32,311 nt of DNA from a virus. Lineage: Duplodnaviria > Heunggongvirae > Uroviricota > Caudoviricetes. Numbering within the stretch: the stretch's first letter is position 1; each line of letters begins with the position of its first letter. The notes beneath the pieces are model-generated. The model was given only the letters and a program-made list of their open reading frames with translations, was not told where the DNA came from and did not search any database. Positions 25,313 through 32,311 of this stretch are shown here, in pieces. Position numbers and translations under genes: made by a program. The stretch is taken from the IMG/VR virus record IMGVR_UViG_3300009193_000001; one strand, given 5' to 3'.

Positions 25313-25822
25313 ATGACAACTGCATATATTAGTTTAGAACGAGAAATGCCACCATACGACAAAATCAATACACTCGATGAGGTTAATGCCGCACTAAAAA
25401 AATATACAGAAACTATGTCCCGACATACACTAATGTATAAGAAGGCCGATGTTAATCCATTAAAGGGTAAGCGTGGTGGTGACTGTAATGTTACACAATG
25501 TCAGAAGCCAAACGCAATAATGTATAATAATGGTACGCATGCTTGGTATTGTAAATCGTGTGCAGAAGATATAAACTTCTCATGTCGCCACAGCGATTTT
25601 TTTCCACTTTGTATAGATGAAGAAACCAAAGACGAAAAAGACGAAGGCGATAGACTTGCTGATAGTCTGCGTAAAATATCAACAGAAATCAAACGTAAAG
25701 GTATCGAAGGTTTTGTTAACATGAAAGTTGAGCAGGTAATTCGAACCGGAGCAAAAATTGGTCGAAATGAACGATGTGCTTGCGGTTCTGGTAAAAAATA
25801 TAAAAACTGTCATGGAGCATAA
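25313..25822 (+). CDS. Zinc-binding protein with C-terminal SEC-C motif
   Basis: Central C-x4-C...C-x2-C; ends KIGRNERCACGSGKKYKNCHG. Confidence 0.8.
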   Translation: MTTAYISLEREMPPYDKINTLDEVNAALKKYTETMSRHTLMYKKADVNPLKGKRGGDCNVTQCQKPNAIMYNNGTHAWYCKSCAEDINFSCRHSDFFPLCIDEETKDEKDEGDRLADSLRKISTEIKRKGIEGFVNMKVEQVIRTGAKIGRNERCACGSGKKYKNCHGA

Positions 25823-25825
25823 GTT

Positions 25826-26083
25826 ATGTTAGGTATGGAATTTAATAACCAAAACCGTTGTTTCGGTATGTCTGGTGGGGTGGACCAAGAAGATTACACC
25901 AGAAAAGAAACGTTGGTGGCAGTTGCGCCAACACACGAACCCAGTCAGTTATATGTCGGTGGTTCGGCCCAAGGTATTTATCCAACCAGAAAATCTTATG
26001 GTATGCGTACCGGAGAACTTAATGTTATCGTTTCTGGTACTGGTGGTAAATCTATTTTCGTAGGAGAAGATAATGAAGGATAA
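25826..26083 (+). CDS. Hypothetical protein ending in a helicase-like Walker A fragment
   Basis: 85 aa; GMRTGELNVIVSGTGGKS near the C-terminus. Confidence 0.6.
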   Translation: MLGMEFNNQNRCFGMSGGVDQEDYTRKETLVAVAPTHEPSQLYVGGSAQGIYPTRKSYGMRTGELNVIVSGTGGKSIFVGEDNEG

Positions 26084-26684
26084 ACCTCTTATTTGTGGGG
26101 TTGGTATCAACGATGCGGATTACACCATTCGTAGATTTGAGGAACTTAAATCTACGAATGGTGAGAGGGTTCGTAAATTGGTATGGAGATGCCCATATTT
26201 CGCAAAATGGAAAGCTATGATTACTCGGTGCTACTCGCCTTCGCATATAGCACGTCGTCCTACGTATAAAGACACATCGGTGTGTAATGACTGGCTCACA
26301 TTTTCTATTTTTAAATCATGGATGATTAAACAACGATGGGAGGGTATGCAACTGGATAAAGATTTACTATCCGACGCAAATATATACTCTCCAGAAAATT
26401 GCATATTCATAAGTTCCAAATTAAATGTATTTGTGATAGAATCATATTCAAATAGGAACTCATACGGGGTAAGGAAGGCTAAGCGTGGAGTGAAGTTTGA
26501 AGCAAGATGCAATGACCCGTTTGGTGGTTCTGATTATATCGGAAGTTTTTATTGCGAGGCTGAGGCGCAGAGAGCTGTTTTGGATAAAAAATACACATAC
26601 GCACTAAAGTTTGCAGAAATATACAAACATGATGTTCGTATTGTGGATGCTTTAATAAATAGATATAAAGGAGTTTTGAAATGA
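26073..26684 (+). CDS. HNH-type homing endonuclease with AP2-like C-terminus
   Basis: GVGINDADY, WKAMITRCY, VCNDWLTFSIF, LDKDLL..YSPENCIF, YIGSF. Confidence 0.8.
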   Translation: MKDKPLICGVGINDADYTIRRFEELKSTNGERVRKLVWRCPYFAKWKAMITRCYSPSHIARRPTYKDTSVCNDWLTFSIFKSWMIKQRWEGMQLDKDLLSDANIYSPENCIFISSKLNVFVIESYSNRNSYGVRKAKRGVKFEARCNDPFGGSDYIGSFYCEAEAQRAVLDKKYTYALKFAEIYKHDVRIVDALINRYKGVLK

Positions 26685-27754
26685 GTTTTGAAATGAGAAA
26701 GAAGATAGTTATACTAGGAGACTTACATTTTGGTACACATAATGGAACCGAATTGTTTTTGAAATTCCAATCTAAGTACCTGAATGAGGTTATAGATTAC
26801 TGTACAGAAAACGCAATAACAGAAATTTGGCTGACTGGTGATGTGTTTGAAGTACGAAAGTCAACGCAAACATTTGTATTAAATTATGCAAAGAAACATT
26901 TTTTCGATAGACTATTGGATTTGGACATACAAGTGAAGACGATTGTAGGTAATCACGATTCGGTATATCGGGACACATTATTCCCAAACTCGATAGATGT
27001 AAATCTATCTATATATAAAAATATAGAAATATTTAATACGGTCGCGGAGATGCAAATAAGCGATAAAAATTCTATTTTGATGGTGCCGTGGATATGCCGC
27101 GAAAACGAAGAAGAAATTATGGAATCCATACATACCACGGATTGTAATGTTGTTCTGGGACACTTTGAAGTTAAAGGTGCTCGTATGGAAGGTGCCGTAT
27201 GTGAAGATGGTATGGAACTGTCAGTATTCGAAAAATTCGATTTATCGTTATCTGGACATTTTCATGTCCGTGGCACATACGGTAATATGGAATACGTCGG
27301 GACACCATATGAAATGAGTTGGGCCGATTATGGTGAAGTTAAAGGTTTTCATGTGCTCGATACAGAAAAGCTTACATTAGACTTCGTACCGAATCCTCAT
27401 CGCCTATATTACAAGATTGTATATCAAGAAGGTAAAGATATGAATGAATATCTAACCAAAGAATATACAGACTGTTTTGTTCGTGTTATAGTTGAAGACC
27501 GTGAAGACTTCAAGAAGTATGAGAAATGGCTCATGAAGTTGGAACTTAAAGGTATGCGCGACTTGAAGTGTATCGAACCGTTCGGTGAGCGTTCTGAAGA
27601 AGACTCGGATGTAGAATTTGATGGCCAAATTGAGGCCAAATCTACGTCTAAGTTGATAGAAGAATATATCGAAGACGTTTACCCAGAACGAAAAACTAAA
27701 CTTAATGCCATGGCTCAGGGTATATTTGGAGAAGCAATGAGGTTGTTATCGTGA
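26681..27754 (+). CDS. gp47: T4 gp47-like (Mre11/SbcD) recombination nuclease
   Basis: LGDLHFG, TGDVFE, VGNHD, GHFE, SGHFH, YVGTPYEMSWADYG. Confidence 0.93.
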   Translation: MSFEMRKKIVILGDLHFGTHNGTELFLKFQSKYLNEVIDYCTENAITEIWLTGDVFEVRKSTQTFVLNYAKKHFFDRLLDLDIQVKTIVGNHDSVYRDTLFPNSIDVNLSIYKNIEIFNTVAEMQISDKNSILMVPWICRENEEEIMESIHTTDCNVVLGHFEVKGARMEGAVCEDGMELSVFEKFDLSLSGHFHVRGTYGNMEYVGTPYEMSWADYGEVKGFHVLDTEKLTLDFVPNPHRLYYKIVYQEGKDMNEYLTKEYTDCFVRVIVEDREDFKKYEKWLMKLELKGMRDLKCIEPFGERSEEDSDVEFDGQIEAKSTSKLIEEYIEDVYPERKTKLNAMAQGIFGEAMRLLS

Positions 27755-27951
27755 AGGTCGTTATAGGTTATAAATTTAAAAATAAAGAAGGTAGATGGTA
27801 TATGGGATACGGTGATGGTAATACACAACACAAACAATTTGCATATATTTATCAAATTCACGAAATTAAGAAAAATTTTGAAGATGTTGTTGGTCTGTGG
27901 GGTTGTAAAGATATAGGAACATGGGTCGCGGTTTGGGGAGAAGTAACATGA
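27751..27951 (+). CDS. Hypothetical protein
   Basis: 66 aa, GTG start, 4-bp overlaps with both neighbours. Confidence 0.65.
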   Translation: MKVVIGYKFKNKEGRWYMGYGDGNTQHKQFAYIYQIHEIKKNFEDVVGLWGCKDIGTWVAVWGEVT

Positions 27952-29762
27952 TTAGATTTAAAAAACTAAGGTATAAGAATTTTTTATCACAGGGCGAACA
28001 GTTCGTTGAAATTCTACTAGACCAAGATGATACAACGATTATTACCGGAACTAATGGTGCTGGTAAAACAACATTCGTTGATGCGTTAATGTATGGTTTA
28101 TTCAACAAACCATTACGTGACGTGAAACTCGGCCAATTAATTAATACAATCAATAAAAAGAAATCTGTTGCGGAAGTTGAGTTTTCAGTTAACGGTTCGG
28201 AATATAAAATTATCCGTGGCCAGAAACCAGCAATCTTTGAAATATATAAAGATGGTGATTTAATAAACCAAGATGCATCTGCTCGTGATTTACAGAACAA
28301 ACTCGAAAATGAGATTCTTCGTACCAATTACCGTACGTTTACTCAGGTGGTTATTCTTGCATCTATGAAATTCAAAAACTTTATGGATTTGACGCCACCA
28401 GAACGTCGTGTGGTTGTCGAACAGATGCTAGACATAGAAGTTATAGGGCAAATGTCAACGTTACTTAAAGACCGTGTTAAGGACGTTAAACGTCGTGCTG
28501 ATACATCAGATTTAAACCATCGAGAGTTTGTAAGTAAATCTGCAAACATCCAGCGATTAATCGATGCAAACCAAGACACATCTGCGGACCAATTGTCCCA
28601 GTTTGATATTGTGTTGGGTAACTATGATGAAAGTATAGCCTCATTGCAAAGTAAATTCGAAAACGAGAAGTTGGCACTGGAGCAAGAACAAGACCTGAAG
28701 CCAAACATCGATGTCGAAGGTAATTCTGCTGCATACCAAAAACATCAGGCTGAGCTGACTCAGTTGGGTAATATACACCAACAACAATGCAGTCATGTTG
28801 CCATAAGTAGTAATGAGATATCAACAAGCAAGCGCGAAGCAAGCTTTTATATCGACAACACCGAGTGTGGTACATGTGGCCAACACATAGACGAAAACTT
28901 CAAGAAGCGTATCGTTGATGGTTACACGGATAAGATTAGTGCAGCAGAAACTAAGAAAATTCAACACCAACAATATGTGGATGAAGCCAATCGTCGAATC
29001 TCATCATGTAAAGAGAAATTAGATGAAATATCTAAAGTTGCCCAAGTGTTGCAAAAATGGCAATCACAATGTGATATGTATTTAAACAACATGAATAATA
29101 TATCGCAACAAATTGCACGTGAGCAACACAATAAGCAAACAACAATGAACCAGAAATCTGATTTACTTGGTAAGTCTCAATGTAGCAATGATGGCTACTA
29201 CGACGAGCTTGAAGTTATCAATGCCCGTATAAGCGAAGTGGCGGCACTTAGAGCAGAGATTACAGAAGAGATGGAACTATGTAAGCTTTGTGGTGAAATG
29301 CTAAAAGATAATGGCCTGAAGGCTAAAATTATAAAGCAATATTTACCATTGATTAATGAAAGTATTAATTACTACTTAGATAAGCTAGGTGCACATTATT
29401 CGTTCGTGCTTGATGAGCAATTTAATGAGACCATTAAATCTCGTTACCGTGACACGTTTAGTTATGGTAGTTTCTCTAATGGTGAAAGTATGCGCATCAA
29501 TCTTTCTATATTATTTATGTGGAGAACTTTAGCCGAATCTAAAAATACAGTTCATACTAACCTTCTGATTATGGATGAAGTTTTGGATGGTAGTTTAGAT
29601 AAAGAAGGTATCCAAGCGGTATTAGGTATGTTTGAAGAAGCTAAATCGAATGTGTTCGTGATATCACATCGCCATGAAATTATACCACAATTTGATAGAC
29701 ACATTCAGGTAAGTAAAATTGGCAATTTTGCAAACTATGAGGGTTTAACTGATTTAGTTTAA
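27948..29762 (+). CDS. gp46: T4 gp46-like (Rad50/SbcC) ATPase
   Basis: GTNGAGKT Walker A, FTQVVIL, CGTC zinc hook, FSNGE signature, LIMDE Walker B, ISH; start moved to 27948. Confidence 0.95.
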   Translation: MIRFKKLRYKNFLSQGEQFVEILLDQDDTTIITGTNGAGKTTFVDALMYGLFNKPLRDVKLGQLINTINKKKSVAEVEFSVNGSEYKIIRGQKPAIFEIYKDGDLINQDASARDLQNKLENEILRTNYRTFTQVVILASMKFKNFMDLTPPERRVVVEQMLDIEVIGQMSTLLKDRVKDVKRRADTSDLNHREFVSKSANIQRLIDANQDTSADQLSQFDIVLGNYDESIASLQSKFENEKLALEQEQDLKPNIDVEGNSAAYQKHQAELTQLGNIHQQQCSHVAISSNEISTSKREASFYIDNTECGTCGQHIDENFKKRIVDGYTDKISAAETKKIQHQQYVDEANRRISSCKEKLDEISKVAQVLQKWQSQCDMYLNNMNNISQQIAREQHNKQTTMNQKSDLLGKSQCSNDGYYDELEVINARISEVAALRAEITEEMELCKLCGEMLKDNGLKAKIIKQYLPLINESINYYLDKLGAHYSFVLDEQFNETIKSRYRDTFSYGSFSNGESMRINLSILFMWRTLAESKNTVHTNLLIMDEVLDGSLDKEGIQAVLGMFEEAKSNVFVISHRHEIIPQFDRHIQVSKIGNFANYEGLTDLV

Positions 29763-29770
29763 TATAATAG

Positions 29771-29813
29771 TTGACTCGGTAATATATTCGTGTAGAATGT
29801 CCCTTATCGAGTC
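29771..29813 (+). promoter_or_regulatory. Sigma70 promoter enclosed by an inverted repeat
   Basis: TTGACT-16-TAGAAT; arms GACTCGGTAA/TTATCGAGTC with one G-T pair, around a 21-nt loop. Confidence 0.7.
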
Positions 29814-29840
29814 GGTGACTCACAATCTAGGAGAAAATAA

Positions 29841-31148
29841 ATGTCAAATTATAAATGTATCGTAGCCCAGATTTCTACAGTAATTCCAATTCCAAATGCG
29901 GACCGCATTCATACTGCAATCGTTTTAGGCGAACAGGTAATCGTAAGCAAAGAATGGACAGTCGGAAAGATTGGTTTGTTTTTCCCAGCAGATACACAAT
30001 TATCTGAAGAATTCTGTAGTGAGAATAATCTATTTCGCCATGCGCATTTAAACAAAGACCCAAGTAAAGCCGGATTCTTTGATGATAATCGCAAGGTTCG
30101 TTGTCAGCCATTTCTTAAGGTGCGCAGTGAGGGTTTCTTTTGTGGCCTAGATGCTTTAGATTATACTGGCACCACTAAAGCAATGCCAATCGGTTATGCG
30201 TTTGACCATATCGGTGGTAAATTGTTATGTGAAAAATACATGTCAGAAAAGATGTTAGCTAAACTATCATCAAACAAGACACAGGCCAAATCAAAGCGTC
30301 GAGACAATACACCAATTAAATCTACTCCGATGTTCGAAAAGCATGTGACTTCGCACCAGTACAGACAAAATACACACTTAATTGAAAAAGGTGATTTAGT
30401 TTCTTTTCATGCGAAAGTTCATGGTACATCGGCACGTGTGGGCTACACGAAAGTTAAATATAAACCAGTAAGCCTATTAGACCGTTTATTGGCTAAGGTC
30501 GGTCTATTTGATACAGAGCGATGGGAATATATAGTTGGTAGTCGTAACGTCACAATTGATAGTAGCGGTGGCCACCACGGCAGCAACCAGTTCCGTCATG
30601 ATGTAATGGATAAACTGAAGCCATTCCTCAAGAAAGGTATGACCGTGTATGGCGAAATTGCTGGATACGCAAACGGCAAATTGATTATGTCACCACATAA
30701 AACCAAAGGTTTAAAAGATAAAAAGTTTGCCAAAAAATATGGCAGCGAAGTTAAATATACCTACGGGTGTAATGAAGGTGAGTCTCGCTTTCATGTGTAT
30801 CGTATCTCGTATACTAACGAATCTGGTATCGAGTTGGACTTTACCGACGCACAAATTAAGCAATGGTGTCTAGATGCCGGAGTTCATGCAACGTTTGACG
30901 TTCACCAGCCAATCATTTTCGATGGCGACGTTTAAGGTCTGAATGCGTTAGTTGAATACTTAACGGAGCGACCGGAATTATTAACTGAAGATTTTATCGA
31001 CCCGACTCATTTATCTGAAGGTATTATTGTTCGTGTGGATAAAGGGACATTAGTTCCTAAGTTCCTTAAGTCTAAGTCATATGCATTTAAAGTCGCTGAA
31101 GGTATCCTAAAAGAAACTGGGGATTTAGATTTAGAAGAAACATCATAA
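29841..31148 (+). CDS. RNA ligase (Rnl2/DRB0094-like) with one in-frame TAA at 30933-30935
   Basis: N-terminal OB-like region, motif I KVHGTS, III YGEIAG, IIIa FHVYRI; motifs IV EGIIVR and V KSKS lie after the TAA in the same frame. Confidence 0.82.
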
Positions 31149-31154
31149 TAACAG

Positions 31155-31189
31155 TTGACACCACCACGGAACCCTGTAAAATGGGTTCC
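31155..31189 (+). promoter_or_regulatory. Sigma70 promoter with stem-loop over -10 (PeSL-like)
   Basis: TTGACA-16-TAAAAT; arms GGAACCC/GGGTTCC. Confidence 0.8.
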
Positions 31190-31215
31190 AAGATAACAAA
31201 CATTAAGGATACAAA

Positions 31216-32145
31216 ATGGCATTAGATAAATTTCTTTGGGTTGAGCAATATCGACCAACAACAATAGACGAAATTATTTTACCCGAATCAATCAAGCAAC
31301 AAGCTAAACATATGGTTGCGTCTGGTAACATAACTAACATGATGTTTGGTGGTGGTGCTGGAACGGGCAAAACTACATTGGCTAAAGCAATTGCAAACGA
31401 AATTGGCGCGGACTTAGTAGTTTACAACGGTTCGGACGGTAGCCTAAACTTGGAAGAGCTTAGACAAAAAATTGCAGACTTTGCACATACAACATCATTA
31501 AAAAATAACGGTGTACCTAAAATCGTTTTAATCGATGAAGCTGACGGTTTGGGTTGGCAGATACAACCAGCATTACGTAATGCCATGGAAAAGTATCATA
31601 CAAATTGTCGCTTCATCATGACATGTAATTATCCAGAAAAAATAATTCCGGCTTTACATTCTCGTTGTGCTTATGTAGACTTCAACTTCAGCAAGACAGA
31701 GAAGGCCGATTTAGTTAGAAAGTTTGCGCATCGTATTGTTGAAATATTAGACAACGAAAGTGTTACTTACGATACAGAAACACTAATTACAGTAATTGGT
31801 AAATATTACCCAGACAACCGTAAAATTTTAAATGAGCTGCAGCGTTATGCAAACCAGCACGGTTCAATTGATGGTGGTATAATCGAACAACTTAAAATCG
31901 ATATCACTGAATTGTTTAATGCCATAAAGGAAAAAAACTTTAATGGCGTGAAGCAGTGGCTTTCAGATTATAGTTCGCCAACAATATTCAATCAATTATA
32001 TAGAGATTGTGAAGCGAATCTACCGAAAGCATTAATACCACTATTTATTATTAAACTTGGCGACTATCAAAAATACCATGGTGTTGTACCTAACCCAGAA
32101 CTTAACGTACTGGCCGCATTAACCGAATATATGGCCGAGAGCTAA
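31216..32145 (+). CDS. gp44: T4 gp44-like clamp loader large subunit
   Basis: LWVEQYRP, GAGTGKT, IDEADGL, ALRNAME, FIMTCN, ALHSRC, YYPDNRK. Confidence 0.95.
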   Translation: MALDKFLWVEQYRPTTIDEIILPESIKQQAKHMVASGNITNMMFGGGAGTGKTTLAKAIANEIGADLVVYNGSDGSLNLEELRQKIADFAHTTSLKNNGVPKIVLIDEADGLGWQIQPALRNAMEKYHTNCRFIMTCNYPEKIIPALHSRCAYVDFNFSKTEKADLVRKFAHRIVEILDNESVTYDTETLITVIGKYYPDNRKILNELQRYANQHGSIDGGIIEQLKIDITELFNAIKEKNFNGVKQWLSDYSSPTIFNQLYRDCEANLPKALIPLFIIKLGDYQKYHGVVPNPELNVLAALTEYMAES

Positions 32146-32155
32146 AGGAGAAATT

Positions 32156-32311
32156 ATGTCTTTGATTATTATTTATTTAGTTATTGCTATTGTGTTATAT
32201 CTATTGTCTGTACTGAACGATTTTATTTTATATATGAAGGGTGTTGTCACGTCATACCCTATTCAAAGTTATAAAACGCATCGACTATTGATTGTGTTAT
32301 CGTTATTATGG
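32156..32311 (+). CDS. Partial hydrophobic (membrane) hypothetical protein, runs off the window
   Basis: AAGGAG RBS; 52 open codons, MSLIIIYLVIAIVLYLLSVL... Confidence 0.65.
   Translation, partial: MSLIIIYLVIAIVLYLLSVLNDFILYMKGVVTSYPIQSYKTHRLLIVLSLLW

Noticed and set aside
17914-31148. Genome-wide TAA reassignment
   Set aside because: TAA ends most genes in the window at positions matching homolog C-termini (RNAP, UvsX, gp44), often coupled as TAATG.

Overview
A 32.3 kb, AT-rich segment of a large lytic dsDNA phage genome with two divergent blocks. The left block (minus strand, 515-4905) holds a terminase-associated-type HNH, two HNH/AP2 endonucleases, another HNH, and a ~1.5 kb ORF-free RNA cluster. 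That cluster contains one tRNA(CAT), two tRNA-like RNAs without a normal anticodon, a ~190-nt closed structured RNA and a ~730-nt RNA with nested long-range helices. A control region (5100-5640) carries three copies of a T7-promoter-like motif and a 51-bp alternating purine/pyrimidine tract. The right block (plus strand) encodes a T7-type single-subunit RNA polymerase, T4-type UvsX, gp41 helicase, gp47/gp46 and gp44, a Prs-like plus NAMPT-like pair (candidate NARP1 NAD+ reconstitution), DHFR, intein-containing NrdA, NrdB, a T5 A1-like nuclease, glutaredoxin and an RNA ligase. Ten sigma70 promoters have the -10 box inside an inverted repeat (PeSL-like). Two small ORFs copy the Walker A segments of the phage's own UvsX and helicase. 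nrdA and the RNA ligase each contain one in-frame TAA, and one small gene has a homopolymer frameshift; these may be sequence errors. All family calls come from motif recognition by eye; no searches or folding programs were run.
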